Counted from the whole stretch's first letter, positions 24,760-40,300 are shown. The stretch is 60,605 bases of DNA, filler included, from Streblomastix strix (GCA_008636045.1; 3 parts of 3 records of this genome joined end to end with filler, not necessarily neighbours in it), one strand, 5' to 3'. Made by a program: numbers and translations. The notes: a model not told the origin generated them from the sequence alone.

Positions 24760-26560
24760 AAAGGAATTTAATGGATAAATTCTTTAGTTCGATAAATCAC
24801 TATTGTACCTGCAAAACCGGTGCTATTATTATCCATTATGCCTTATCTTAATTCATTTTCTGTTGAATTCTATTTAAAACTGGTATTGGTGGATGGATAT
24901 ATAATTTGACTTTACTCCATTTGTAATTTAATGCGTTACGGAAATGTGTCCCCAGGTCGTTAAGATCCACTGTTGCATAATTGTTAATTAGTTTATTATA
25001 CTGTGTTGCGAATATGTCTATCTGTGGCATTTAATTCAATATCTTATAATTCATTTGAAATTTTCCATCCTTTAATGTGTAATTACCTGATCTGTATACA
25101 GTAGAACTCGGATAATTCGTAGGGTGACTTTTTCTGAAAATGTGAATCCAAATTAAATGTAATTCGTATTTTCTATTTAATTTTGAAATATTTTTCTAAA
25201 AAATATTTATTTCTTTAAAGTTTTTTCAAAAAAAAATACGAATTAAGCTGGGGTACGAATTAAACGGCGTTCGAATTAATCGAGTTCTACTGTAGTTTAT
25301 ACTGTGAGTTTGTTGTTGAATTTAGTTTTCCTGGGATGTGAATTGTAACAACTTATAGTAGAAATCTTTTCACTAGATAAAATATGTATTCAATTTTTTC
25401 ATTAAAGGATTCTTTCGCTTTCCATTTCCCAATTTCGTAGACTGCTGTTGTGTTGTCTGAACGTATCAAGACTGCTTTATCTTGCATTTTCTTGTAGATT
25501 TGCTCGAAACGGAGTAGCCCGTAGTAGATAATTTTGATTTCCTTAGCGTTGCTTGTCATTTCTGCTTCTTTCTCGCTCCAACAATCGTGTTTTATTAACT
25601 CTACTTGGATCTCGTATATCAGTGTCGTTCCCCAGCCCTATGGTGATGCGTCTGCTGTTAAAATACAAATTTTGACTTTAGGAATCAAAAATTCTAGTTT
25701 GTTATTGACTATTCTCCTTATCCGCTTTTCAGTTCTTTAATCACTCCTTTATTTACTGCTATAGTCTCAACTCTAGATATTGTCCTTAATACGTTTGTTT
25801 TCTCTTTGTCTGGGCACAGGATGTGCAGAGGCGCTTCTTTTATCTATGGTCTAAGCAAGTTCAGTCTACCTATCAGCGCTACTAGTTATCTTATCTTCAA
25901 GCTTCTTTTGTTGTATATTGTATTAGACTAGTCTTTCAATGCTAAATTCATTTTCAATTTCCTCTCTTCCGACATCCATGTATTCATCACTTTCAGATTC
26001 AATATTTATCATAAAAATGTTATTGTCAGTATTGATTTTGTTTCGCATTTTCCAGTTGATATCGTCCATCCAAATTATTCGACCATCTTCAATATTTCTA
26101 TTATTTAAGATTTGAGTATATATTTATCTTAGTGGATTAGAAGTATGTCATCGTAATAATTCAGAATTTTGATTTCTGAATGTATTCTTATGTACCTAAG
26201 GATTGATTCTATTGCTTCCGCGAAGAAGATTGGGCCATGTTTGGTCCCAAAAGGCATTGTTTTGTATGCATAATTATTAATATTAAAATTAAATGCTAGG
26301 TATGGTATTGAGTCTGGAGATACTGTTATATGGTGAAATGCTGATTTGAGGTCGAGTGATGTTGCATAATCCATTTAATTTGCTAGGTATTGTACATCCT
26401 CTAGTCTATGCATCTTGAAGTGTAATTTCTCTATTTCCTTATTCAACTAACTGGCATCCAGAATCTTTCTCCACGATCCATTAGGTTTCATTATCAAAAA
26501 AGTTTGATTCTTCCATCATATATGTTCATATTTTTAAAATCTTATAATTATTTCTTTCAA
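24760..26560 (-). pseudogene. pol of copy 1: reverse transcriptase, RNase H and adenine-methyltransferase-like domain
   Basis: RT: WRKILDASQLN, SLDLKSAFHH, MPFG, NYYDDILL. RNase H: TADASPQGWG, SNAKE, RSDNTTAV, HIPG. MT-like: IDIFAT...YIHPP. Confidence 0.9.
25099..25292. mobile_element. Tc1/mariner (pogo-like) MITE, 194 bp
   Basis: TA|CAGTAGAACTCGGATAATTCG ... CGAATTAATCGAGTTCTACTG|TA; removing it restores the pol frame HIPGKLNSTTNSQYKLYRSGNY. Confidence 0.92.
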
Positions 26561-27849
26561 TTCTTCTATCAATGTGTCTTGAGAAGCTCTTTTCTTTTCG
26601 AATGTCCCTCTGAATTTTATTATTACATTATTCTCCTCTGGTTATTATTAACTATTTCAGTCTATAAATCGAAAATTTAATGCAATGTTTATGAACTTTT
26701 ACTTTTTTATCTACTTCCATCTTTCTTTAAATCCTTTAATATATTCTTATATTCTATTATCTTTCTCTTTAAATATCAATTTTCCAATGTTTTCTTCCTC
26801 CAGAGGAGCCGTCATCATCAGCGCTCTCCTCCTCTCAATCTTCCATGAGGAACTCAACGCTGATCTCCCTTGATTGGTGCTTCCCTGCCCGGTCAGGTGC
26901 TCTGCTCCTTTTCATCCTGATCATTGGAGTATTTTGGTACGAGTTTGACCGATTAAGCATTTATTTTGCTTCCAATTATAATCATTTCTTTGGTTTTTGG
27001 AACTGCAGAAGTCTTTTATGTTTAAATTTAGGAACTGCTATTCTAATTTGGGTCATTGGAAGTATCTAAGCCTCCTTGTTGATTCTTTACTTTTATTTTT
27101 TTCATTTTCTTTGGCTTTTCCAGAATTCCAATTGGAACTGGGCCTGCATCATCTTTTTTCATTTAGCTCGGATAATTTCAGCTCTGGCAATTTAACAGTT
27201 ATGTTCACAGGTTCTATTAAACTGGGGGCTATGAGATTACATTGTCTCGGTAGTCCTTGTTCTAAACTAATGCTGCATCATCGATTTATTGGTCAATTTC
27301 TTTAGAATTAATTTTTTGGCTTTGATTTATTTATGGTTCTGTTCTTTCACTATTCCTAGCTGTTATAAACGTGGCTACTTTTAGCCTCAGCCAACCATTT
27401 ATGCTTGGGACATGAGCACCAGAAATCGGTCATAAACCAGTTGGCTATCCAACAGTTCCCTGAATATCAGGTGTTTCAATATTTGTATTATTGAGATCAT
27501 TGTTTTCTTATTGTTATAGTTATTGACTGGTTCACGGTCTTTTTTATTCTATTTCTATTTTCCTCTCTTTCTATTTAACTCTACATCTTTATGTGAGTTT
27601 CTGTGTTTGGGTATCAGGAAATTAAGTTTGACTATTTAGTTTGTCTTTGATCATTCCAGTGCTAATCATTCTTGGTGTTGATGATGCTATCTTTTCTACC
27701 GAGTTTTTGCATTTGGTGTTTGTAATAGTATTTATTATATTGTCATCTAGCTGAAGACTAATTATTAGCTCATTTGTTAAAGTCATTGTTGTGGAGCATA
27801 TTCGGGTATTTGCAAATCATTGTTGTTTATTTCTCCAATTACATGTTGC

Positions 27850-30800
27850 CACGCAAAGTAGAATAAATTTCTAATAATGCTAAAGCATGCAGCATAACGT
27901 TTTGTTGTGCCTTCTCATTGCTCTTAAGACTTTAAAAGTCGAGTAGTTTGCTATTGTTCCAGGCTTTGCAATATCTTGGTTTGTTTACTATTTCAGACAC
28001 TATCAGGTTCATAAAGGATGAAATTAATAGAGATCTTGGGATGTCTTTGCTGTTTATGAGTAATGCAAAAATTGAATATACCCCTCTTCTAATTGCAATA
28101 TTTTATTAGTTAGATTTGCCCATCTTTAGCGTTCTATCTAGTGCTTTTCTAACGTTTAGAACCATATTTCCTTTAAGGAGAGATGAAGCTTTCCTGTTCT
28201 TCGATTTTAGATAAATATCAACATTTGAAAATATAGCTCTTTGTGTTCTCCAAAGATTGGGATCTATCCCCCTTAATCAAAGATTCTTATTCCTCTATTT
28301 ATAAATGTTTAGCTATTGCAAGTCAGTTGAAGATTATATCTCCTCTCCAGTTCTTATCACGTACAGTATTACTCATTCTGGAGGTAGTTTCATTTTCTTG
28401 TGCTTCTTTGACTTGCCTTCTTTGAATATTTGTTCAGAGTTACTCAGAATAATCTAGTCTGACGCTATGTTTTGCAGCTGTCGTGACAATCACTGATTCG
28501 GCCAGACCATCGCTATCACCACTGCTGTGCAATTGCTTACTATTCGAAGTTGCTGTACTACTTTGCCCATTAAGGTTAGTGGTGGGTTAATAAATATCGT
28601 CTTGTTCGACCAAACAGCTTGAAGTCCTCCTGTGCCTGTTGCAACATCTTCCTGTGATGGTGAGAAATAAATTGTGTACTTCGCATTTTTCTTAGTTGCA
28701 AACATGTCCTCCGGTAGAGTGAGACCTAGTTGTTGGAAGGCAGTAGTCATATATTTTGTTTTTATTTGATAATATCCTGCTAGTTCGAGTCAATTCAGTG
28801 TGTCATCTTACCTTTTATCCTCTCCCTTAATATGCATTACATGCAACATCAATCCCATTTACGTTGCTTCTTGGAAGATTAATCTCATTGTTGTTGCTAG
28901 TGCGGCTGCAGATGCTTTCCGTTAAAGGTTCATAACAGCAATATGGTTATCTGTCTAAAAGGTCAATTGATCTATGCCCGCAAGTTAAAATTTAAACTTT
29001 CTTAACGCGTATAGAATTGCTCTCGCTATTCTCAAATGGCCAGATCTAAGACTCATTTGTTTCTTCCATGTTGAAGCTAGTAACAATTCCGATTAATCCA
29101 GCTTCAGTTCAGCTCCCTATCCAGTTCTACTAGTATCTGTTGTCAGAATGGCTGTCTATTGTATCTTCATTTGTAGTTATAGTGGACTATTTTGTGTTAA
29201 TGTCGAGTACCACCAATAAAGCTCTGACAATATTATATACTTGAGTCGAACAGTCGAATCTCATCCTCATTTGTGAACTGCTTTGTCTTTTTAGCGATTC
29301 AACTTGATTAGATGAAATTATATAAGTTGAAATTGGAATTTGAGGAATTGTAATTTTCCAATTAATTTTGCTAGTTATTTTGTCTGAAATTCTAGTCAAT
29401 ATTGAGTCTAATGAATGAGAAGGTTCAATTGATATAGTAGTTTAGTCTATTTTGAGGCATCTTATCTATTATTGCTTCAGAATTCCAAATTCGCCCCAGA
29501 TAACGCAATTCTTTCAATGGTTCCATCTTTGATTCCTTATTGTTAATTATCCAACCAAAATCTTATAATTGTTTCCTTATCAGTTAAGTTTTTTTACTGG
29601 ATTTTAATGGATTTTGATTTATTATTAATGTATAGTCTGAATATTGAAGAATAGCAGAAGATAGACCCTTTTTGATTGCTGCTAGCACCATCTAAAGGGT
29701 TTTTGTGAAGATAATTGGGGGAAAGCCTGAGTCCAAATGGCATGATGATGTAGACATATGAATGATTTTCTACTTAAAATCCCACATATGATTGGAGTGA
29801 AGGGTGTATGGTGATATGAATGAAAGCGGATTTAATGTCGATTGAAGTTAGGTATGAATTTTTGAGAAGAACTAATTGGACATCGAAAAGAGATATCACT
29901 TTGAAATGAATTTTCTTTGTCTATTCGTTAATTGCTCTTGCATCGAGAACCTTTCGGTAACTTCCGTCTCTTTTAGGTATACAAAAGGTTGGGGAGAAGA
30001 GTTTAACGTAAAATAGATTAACTTAATTAAACGATTTTCTAATGAATTTCTTTTTAAAGAAGAAGAGGATATTGATGCAGGTTTCCTCTCGATTGGGTGG
30101 TATATAATATGTTTTTGAGGATTTGTTTGTCGTTTTCGATCGACAAGAGAGGCATTATTCCCATCATCACCTGTCTTTCTGCTCCAATTACAGTCCATAT
30201 TTCTCGGAATCTCATTGGTCTCCCTCCTATTTCTTCTGATTTCTCTTCAATTTAGCAGTACTTGCATTCTAAACGAAGTTCTTATTGACTCAACGTCTCA
30301 TACCTCGCGATTGGAGAGTCCAGCCACGCATCACGCCCCCGCAAAAGGCCTTACGTTGATTCGCTCCTTTTTTTCAAGTTTTTTAAGGACTGATTCACGA
30401 ATAATTCATGGAAGTGGTGTTGCAGCTTTGAGATATTTGCATTTTTCATTTAGAACAAGTGATTCTAGAGCAGCATATGCATGGGTTGTGGTTTACTATG
30501 ACAGTCTGAACGTTCTCATTATCGGCTTTTTCTGTTTTTACCATTTTTCTGGAGATTTTGCAGCCACATTTGCCATCAAAGGAACAGATCTTGTAGTTGT
30601 TGTACTTAGTATTACAGATTCTGCAGCATCCTCATCACCATGCCCTTCCAATTTTTGAAGTGGATTTACAGTTGAAAAGTCTATCTTGTCAGGTGCAACA
30701 GCCCGAATATCTTCTTCAATTCTGGAAACTGAATATTTATAGTCTAAAGGCTTATAATGAGTAACTGAATCATTTATAATCTTTCTCAGCTCATTATGCA

Positions 30801-31440
30801 CAATGTCGTCATCTGTTGAAGCGTAACTACTGGATGCTGTGCTAGAATCACTCTAAGAATTTTCAGAAGAGCTATGTTAACACTATCGTGCAAGATAATG
30901 TTTGAATTTATTATTTGTTTTTTTATACTTGCCCTATTTCTGCTTTGAAAGCTTTTATTAAGGAAGCGATTCAATGGAATGGTCAAAATCTGACGATTAA
31001 TCCTTTCTCCTTCGTTTCAGCTTCCAACAATAGTGTTAGGTAATGCGATCACTTGTACTGCGTTCAGATCCACTGTCGGTTATTGATACTTCGTCAGTGC
31101 GTTTATATTTCGACACTTTAATCGCTAAATCTTCAATGTCGTCGATTTCTTCAAATTTCTATGCAATTTTTTTCAGCTTTTCGAATAATTTCCTTGTTTT
31201 AGGGTTAATAAGGACCTCGCTATCCGCATGGGATATTACACTTAAGAGTTGTATAGGAATTTGCGTAGTAAACACGAATTTGTTTTCAATAGCCTGACCC
31301 ATATGCGAAGGCTGTAATCAGAGCATTTCATGATTAGCATCTCGAACAATAAAAAGTGTGGTTGTCATTCAATATTCAGTGGGAGCGGTTGATGTGATCA
31401 TTCATGAAGGAATTTGAATTAGTCTATTTATACCAGCATA
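27850..31440 (-). mobile_element. DIRS-like retrotransposon, copy 2 (divergent, degraded, YR truncated)
   Basis: RT: DARAIN, SIDIKSAFIH, MPFGL, decayed YSDY. RNase H: ILTTDTS...QTDNH...HIKG. MT-like: EDMFAT...FINPP...AMVWPNQ. YR N-part: KPRYCKAWN...YSTLRG. Gag-like region ~30200-31300. Boundaries approximate. Confidence 0.85.
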
Positions 31441-34323
31441 ACATTGGAAATTTACGTTATTATTTTATTGTTAATTATACATTTAAATAATTAAAAATAT
31501 TGTTAAAATTATTTTTTTTATTAATAAAATATATTATACCCAGTAAAAAGAATTAATTACTGAAAAATTAAAATTATTTCCTTCATTAAATAAAACTAAT
31601 ATCTATTTATTTTTAACTTTTACAAAATAATTCAAATTTATGGAATCGGTTTTAAAAAAATTTATTTAAATATTTGAAAATTTTTATTGAAATTTTGGAA
31701 ATTTTTTTATAAAGTGTTATATTTAATTTTATAAATATTAACTAAATCAATTTTAAATTCAAAAATTTATTAAATTTATTTAAATCATTACTGGTAATGG
31801 GCAATTTTCGCGAAACTACTAAGTGGTAACCAACGGCAGTGTTTAAAATACTAGAGCTTAAAAAATCTTATTTTTTTAATCCATTAATTTTCTTCTAAAA
31901 TTTTTTAACTTGATTATTTAAATAATATTTCTTACAATTTATTTATTTCAATAAAAATTGTTAAAATATGTTAATTAACGTTCATTTCACTTAAATTTTA
32001 TTACGTATGACATTTTTTTGTCCAAAATATGTCAATTCTTGAAAAATTTCAAAATTAAAAACGAGTTGAGAGATTATTTAATAACAAAATATTTATTTGA
32101 AATCATATTAATTATATTTTTAGTAAATTTTGTAAGTATATAATAAATATAATGATTATTTCAAATATTTTAATTATTCGGATAAAAAATTTCAAAAAAA
32201 ATATAAATTTTGTTATTTTTTATGATCAAAGTTGATGTTTGTATAGTAATTATATTATATTTAGGAGATAGATCATGCTAATAAATAATATAAATTGTTT
32301 ATTAAAAATAAATGTTTCTTCGATTCTCCGGCAGTTCCGAGTTAAAATATTGTTTGTTAAACTTTTTATTCGGAAATTAAAATGTAAATTCTGAATCAAT
32401 GGCTAACACAAAATACTTGAATTATTATGGAGGATCCTAATTATATCGGATATGAAGAAGTAGTTCATTTTTATCTGGAAAAATAATTTTATCTTACAGT
32501 TTCACCCGAAACTAATCAGGTAAAATTTGCCCGGGTATATTTTAGATTCAGAAATAATTTTAAAATATTATAATTATTAATTTTATATCAAAAATGCAAT
32601 TAAAATGTGTTTAGTTTGCTTGCACTACAAGATTCGTTGGAATTTATTAGAAGAAAAATTTGATATTTTCTCTGAAATTTAACGCATATCTCATGATAAA
32701 GTTATGATAATTCAAATATTTAAGAAATTATTAATATTTCAATATTCAAAATATTGAAAATTTATACACGTTTATATATATATCAAATATATAAATAAAA
32801 ATGATTATTTTTTAATGATATTTTCAATTCATATTAATTTTATCTTAAGTAAAATTAATAACTATTAAAATTTTTTTTAGTTTTACAAGTATTAACAATA
32901 AAGAATACATGTAGCTAAACGATTTAAATGAATTAAATTAAATTTTTTATTTTATTTGTTTTTTATTAGAATTATTTGAATTCCGATAAATAAAGATATG
33001 AATTGATTGTTTTAACAATAAAAAGCGATCAACCAATATTTAAACGAGAGAAGAATTGGAAAAGATGATTATTGTAGAGTTGCTTCGTATGTGGAAACTC
33101 AGAGTTGCATTCGATTTGTATGAATAAATTACTTTTATTTATTTATTTATAATTTATTCTTTTAAATATTCTTTTGAATATTAAATTTCCTGAAAGCAAT
33201 GAAGATCATGAATAAAAATAGTAAAAATAAGAAATAGAAACCTAACTGAAATACATTTGATAATAATGAGAATGAAATTTCAATTATGAAAAAAATAAAT
33301 TTACATCAAAATATTTATAATATACTGGAGATTTGATATTTAATTAATTTTATTTAAACATATAAATATTAATTATATCAAGTATTAGATAATCTTAACA
33401 ATGTTAAAATTTGTATAATAATAAAATAAGATGAAGGAAGAGTATTAATTACAAACGAACTAATCAATATTGCTGAGAAGATGAGGAAACATCAGAAACA
33501 GAAGTTCTAATATTAATTATGATGATGAAGAGATTTCAAATTTAAAGACATTATTCATAAAAACGTCAAAGGGATTAAAAAGTAAAAAAATGATCAATTT
33601 TTATTTTATCCTATCTAAAAAATAAATAACAAACCGAAAGTTTGAAAATCGGGTAATTTGCCTATCACTACTTATTTATTAGGACTTTGAATAAAGCTCA
33701 AAATTTTACCCAATTTAAATAGTCCTCCAATCAGAAAATCTTATCTGCTGCTATGGCAAAATCTAGTTTTTGCTGTAAAACTGGATTATATCAATATTAG
33801 AAATAAAATAAAATTAATAAATAAGAAAAATTGATTTAGAATTACATTATAGATTGTTTAATATATAAAACCGTATTTCATACATGGTGCATGCATATGA
33901 AATCATGAATATATAGTTTGTGCGCTTTGTAGCCAATTAACTAACACTCTGTATTTTTTATTTATTGTAATTAATTATTTAAATGCAAATTGTATATTAT
34001 TCACCAATTTTATCAACATATATGGCTCAAACAAAATATCGGAGATATTGTTCTAATAAATAGCCAATTTTAAGCCTTTGAGAAACAATTTAGTATTATT
34101 TTCCTAATTTTTAATATATTTTTATATACCTTTCTATATTTTATACACATTTCATTATATTTTCTATTCATTTATTTTAGATCGTTCTTTTTTTAATAAT
34201 AATTGAGTGCATGTACAATAATAATATATTGTAATATTTTCTTCATATGTCATATTACTGCAATAATGATTTAAATATTTTTATCTACTTTCATTACTAT
34301 CCTTTAATAGAACTTCAACAACA

Positions 34324-37300
34324 ATGACTTCAAAATCAGATGAGTTAGCTTAAAAGAAAGACATGTTTTTTCTTGAGAATCTCGCCATTCCAGGCGAGAT
34401 CACTTCTGCAGCAGTTGGACACTTTCAAAATCTTAAATAGAATCTTTTAATTCTGGCCAAGGTATATTTTATTGTTACTTTGCAATTCTTAATTTGTTAT
34501 TTGTAATATTTTATTGTTCAGAGTACAATTTTATCGCTTTATGTATATGATTCCGAGTAAGGAAAATTTCATCTCCTTGATCACAAACACGTATTTAGAT
34601 AAGTACTCAGTATTCACACAGTTCCACAACACCATAGCCTTGATTGTCTACTTGTTGTATCTGTGAATGGAGAATGGCTTTTCCTATAATGGCATGAAAA
34701 TGACTTCTTTCCACTTGCATCAGGTTCATTAATGGATGCTGCACTTCGAATTACGAAGAACCCAGAACAAAGACGATTTCGCATTAATCCAGTATATTTT
34801 ATTATTTATTTTATTATTTATTAATATATTTACATTATTGTATAGACATTTCAATGGTCTGTACTTGTAATTCCACAAAGTGAAGATTCAACAAATCAAA
34901 TTTCAAAACCCGAAAAACCACAAACTTTTCAGCGAATAATTGAAAAAGAAATTCATAATTTTGATTCTGTCTCTAATATGATTAACTCTAATTAAACTCC
35001 AATATAAAGAATATCACTCAGGGCCATCTGCTTTGTAGATGAAGTTGTATGTGTCGGTCTCAGTTATGATGGACCAGGATCTGATCTAATGTATGATATA
35101 TCTGAGAAGATGGATGAAACATTGATGAATATCCCATAGATGTGTTAATGGGGAGATGAATATTCAGTAATATTAGATAATGGATTGGAACATATATGGA
35201 GAGCTAAATAGAAGAATAAAATAACTGTAAATGAAGCATTTGCTTAAAAGGAAAAAGTTGTAATCGCTAAAGCTGAAACATTTATATTCTTCGAAGATGA
35301 ATTGAATGAAATTGATGGAAGAAATATACTCATGTTGGACACCATTCATCGTGTTCGTCATGCTGCATACACAAGAAACATACATTTACCCAAATTTCCA
35401 TTCTAATGTACAGAAAGTTAAAATCGTTAATTCGATAATATAGCTTCTATATACCTAATTGTTGATACTCCAGAAGGAGTTTCCCTTCTTTCAGTAAACA
35501 TTAACTTCAGTAATAAGATTTTGAAGATGGATTCATTTGCTGTAATTGGATTGCCTTGTTCAACCTCAAGGATCATTATACTGCATGATGAACAGAATCA
35601 TAATTCAAGTTAATTATGCAATGAACTTATTTAATAGAGTCTTATAGGATCAATTCCAGTTAATGTTTAATTCATAGATAATGTGAATGAATCCAATTTA
35701 TTTCTGGCATTAAGTGGATAATAGATTAGAATAGTTTCAAAGGAATAAAGAGAACTAATTGCTGCAAAGAAACTTCAGAAACTGATTCATTCAAAGAGTT
35801 CAAAATCAAAAATGATCTCAATTCACATCAAATAAAATATATTAACTCCACCATTGGAAGGATCTCCAAAATCTGAAGAACTTACATTACCATTAACATC
35901 AGTACAATCTTCACTTTCTATATAAGATATTCAATCATAGACTTGTGATTATATTAATCATTCATTTGTCCCATATATACTTGCATCATCTAAGGCAATC
36001 ATTCTCCAATAATCAATTAATAAAGCATTTATATTCCCATTTCATACTTCACTTCCAATTCCTCCTTTTGGATTTTGCCATGTTTATGTTGAAGATAGAA
36101 CTGAATTAGAATAAGAATAAGAATTTAAATAATAAAATTCTGATTAATAAATAGAATAACATTAATATCCTCTAATATCTTAATAAAAAGATAAAACTAG
36201 AAAATTTATTCATAAAATACTTCTTGGAGGAGGAAAAGATATTATTACCATTCAAGATGGATAAATTCAATAACAACATTATGAAACAAAGTGTATAAAT
36301 GACATTATAATAATAAAACCTAAAAGAAATAACCCAAAATTAGAAAAATTAAAACCTAAAGAATAAGCTGAAAAACGAATAAAACACACTACTGCTGTTG
36401 TTACAACATCAAGTGGGACTCCATTATTGATGCATCTTGATAGTGGATAGATAATTGAAGTTGGTGAAGATGATGATGATTTTGCTCTTCCAACTGGAAA
36501 CATCCAACAAGTCATTAATATTCCACCCAAATGGGAGAACAAACAAGTTTAGGAAGATCGAATGGCATTTGGAGTTGCTCACGGGATAACTGGAACTGGT
36601 GAATTACAACTTGTGTCTGTTGGACATAAACTGAAAGAGATTATCAAAGACAATTGGATATGTGGAAATACAAAACTTTTCAGTTCTCAATAATTTGCTG
36701 GTCGAGGAATAAGAGAATTTCTTTTAGCTTAAGAGGAGAATATTATTTAAGAAATAATTCCAGATTCAATTTCCAATTCAATTAATCTCTAAAGTTCTCC
36801 TTTGACATTGATAACACCAAATATGCCTTCTCCATTCCCTATTCCTAAATCTACATAATCCACAACTGAATAATCAAATTCATTATTTCAAAATTCAAAT
36901 GGATAATTAATCAATTATTCACCTTACACAGAAAATGATACTATATACCAAGATTTCAATGTCAATTTACTATCTGCGAATATTATGAATGAAAATTTGT
37001 ATCATACACCATAAAATAGATCGGAAAAGACAATTTATACAACAAAACTATTTCAATTGAATGAAAACAAAATTTTAACTCTTAATTCTTTGAATTTTGG
37101 TATTAATCCAAATAACAGAGCAATTGCATTCCATGAATTATAAGGAGCAATAGCTTATGTATCAGAAAATGATATAACTATATTATGTACGTTGAAATAT
37201 AAAGGTCAACTGAAATAACCCAATGAAGAATAAATACTATCCAAATAAATTGAAGATGAAATACAATCATAATTATTTGATACTAAATAAACAATATAGA

Positions 37301-40300
37301 ATAACATCTAATAAACATAATAACAATCTCAATCATCTTCTGAAATATAATCTTCATTGTTTTCATCACCATCATCATCTTCTTCTTCCTCTTCCTCTTA
37401 ATCCTCTTCTTTTAGAAAATTGGGTGCATTAACAACAACTTACAATGATACTTCATAATCATCATAATCTTCATCTTAAATATCTTCTTTCCCTTCATAA
37501 TCAGGTATATCTTCTTCCTTATCTTCATCTATTCATGATTCCAATGTGCATTATAAAAGCACATAAAATTCTGAAAGTTTATAAATTGAATCTAATGAAA
37601 ATTAAAATTTTTTAACTTTGGATTAATTGATCATTTAAAACAAAAGAAAAGAAGATATAATAAAATTCTCTGATTAATCATAAATAAGATCAATTGATAC
37701 AACATAATAATCTTTAGATATGTCAGATGATAATCATAAAGAATAAATATCCTCATAAAATAAATTTGATCAAATTACATCTTAACTTCCCACATCTCAA
37801 TCTAAAGCTCCAACTGTCTTAGTAATAAAAGCAACAACAATAAAAGATAAGAATTAAGTTGGTACATTTTGGAAAGTGCCCCCGTGGCTTACAAGTGATG
37901 AATGCAAAAACATAATAGAATAAAAAGTTAAATTAGACGATATAATATAATAAATCTCATTCAATCCACTTAGACAAATTACAATTAATCATGCAGCAGT
38001 TGGAGATAATATTATAGTTGTGTCTCATAAGAGTATTGTATATGTTTTACTTTGGCATCCAGCACTTCCAATAGTTTTGGCATAGAAGAAATAATAAGCA
38101 TCTTGGAATCGAACAACAAGATTAGCTCTCATAGCTTATTACAGTTCTTAGCAGAATGCAACAAATAAAGTATTAAATTAAGATGGTGGAACAATTTCAT
38201 AAGGAGAATTAACAGAATAGTCTTAAATTAAAATGTAAATGCATTTCCAAGTTGTGTGTACACTCAAATTCACTTCTGATGTTACTGCTCTTGCTGCTTC
38301 CACAATATGCGACAATTAATTCATAGTTGTCTGCACAAAAGATCCAAACATGGCAAGAGTTTTCAGATTGAATAATTTAGAGAATGATATTGAGTTCTAA
38401 AAAGAGAATTAGAAGATATGGGGTATGATATATATTCAATGAAAATAATGTTCATACTATAAAATAACTTTTTTTATTTGATTTATAATTTTATGATTTT
38501 TAATTAATTATTATATTTTACTTTTATCTATTATTATTATTTATAGAACTTACGAATGAATATGAATTTAAATATTAGAAGAGGAATATTTTCAACCAAC
38601 TTCACTTTCCAAAGACAAAACCACAAGTTCCTCCAAATGAACAATTTATTGAAGCTAAATTAGGAGATAATTAATTTCTCTTAAACTTCTGCTGCTTATA
38701 ATTAACATTAACTCCAATAATTGATATGAAATTAAATAATCCTGCTTCTTCCTGCTTATTCACTACATTAGAAAGAACAGTTTAAAGATTTGGACCAGAA
38801 GAAGATATTATGCCGAATGAAGCTCTATTTGGAATGAGCATGAAAAGTGAATAATTTAAATAAAATGGTCATAAGAGACACATAAAAACTAAATAAAATA
38901 TGAATTAAACTACTTAATATCCATAAACATATGGAATATTAAGCCCAATTGAGAAAGAAGAATAATATTATGCACACGAAGGCGCATTGCTTCTTGTTGG
39001 TGGTTAGTATGGATTAGCTGAATTTGTTGTTATTCCATTGGCTGCATTAATGTTGGATGTTCCTCCTCATAGATACTCTTCAGCAATGGATGTATTAAAG
39101 ATTGGAATGCAATCAAGAGATTAGAAACTATAAAATTCAATTCATGAGTTATTCACATTTCCACCTGAATCTCAATTTATGGATTTAGGAAGATCTCCAG
39201 TTTCACTTGCTGAAGATAATAGAAGAGTTATAATTAAAGGTGAAAGAACATATGCTGTTAGATTTGATCCATATTTAGGAAGGACAGTTTGGCTTTCATT
39301 ATTCAACCCAGATGGAATAAGAAATATTGTTCCAGTGAGTGTGCTTTTAAATGAAACATTGAAATAAAGAAGAAAGAGAATGTTATATTAAAGAAGAAAA
39401 TTATTGAGACTTCAAATGAAGTTGAAATTAAAGAATATGTAAAAATAGTTGGAAAAAAATAATGAAACAAATTAAGACTCTATTTCAATAACATCAACAT
39501 CCGATTTCTCTTCTTCATCCGATTTTGAAAATCCAGAAAATTTTAAAAATGATTTTAATATGAATGAAAAACTTCCTAATCCAACAATTGCTTATATTGG
39601 AAATGAAAATAATGCAACTATTTCATTTGGAGTGATATCTAAACAACAAAGAATGAATAGATAAGTATAATAACTTCCTTCTGCTCCAATTGCAATCAGC
39701 CATTTGCCTTCTCTTCATGCTATCGCAGTATTATGCAGAGAGAAACATTATTATAAATAAGAATTTAATATTATTGATGAAAATTAAAATGAAACTGAAA
39801 ACCTTATTTAAGAAAATAACAATAAAGTATTGCTTAATAATGAATAATTAGATCATACATAGACAGGTTTATCTAATTAGAAAGAAGATCGAAAATAGAA
39901 ATTGCAATGGATCTTTTCAAATATAAAGAATGGATTTGGCGATCTAGTTTAAACAACTATCAATTCCTTTTATCAAGTTCCACTCCGAAATCTTCTGAAA
40001 TAATATTTCAATGAAAAAAATAATGAATTAATAAATTAGAGTTATTATTTTGAATCACAATCAAAATTTAATAAATCTCATGCTATTTCAAATAAAAATA
40101 AATAAATGTCAATAAATACAGTAATTGAGAATATTGGAGTTGGATATAAAGATACAAATAATATTCCTTTTTCTGATATAGCTGGTGATCATTTTTCAGA
40201 GAAATATTTTCCTTTTCGTTAAAATTTCCAATCAATTAAGTAATAACATTATAATAGATCAGAACAGTCATTAAATTACAATCCAAATACCAATTTTCTG

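Larger units (their letters stand above)
23280..27850 (-). mobile_element. DIRS-like tyrosine-recombinase retrotransposon, copy 1 (degraded)
   Basis: Order gag-like region, RT, RNase H, MT-like, YR on the minus strand; boundaries approximate. Confidence 0.85.

Noticed and set aside
32400..33800. Possible multi-exon gene
   Set aside because: Exon-like patches are present, but I could not assemble a consistent frame or recognise a product.
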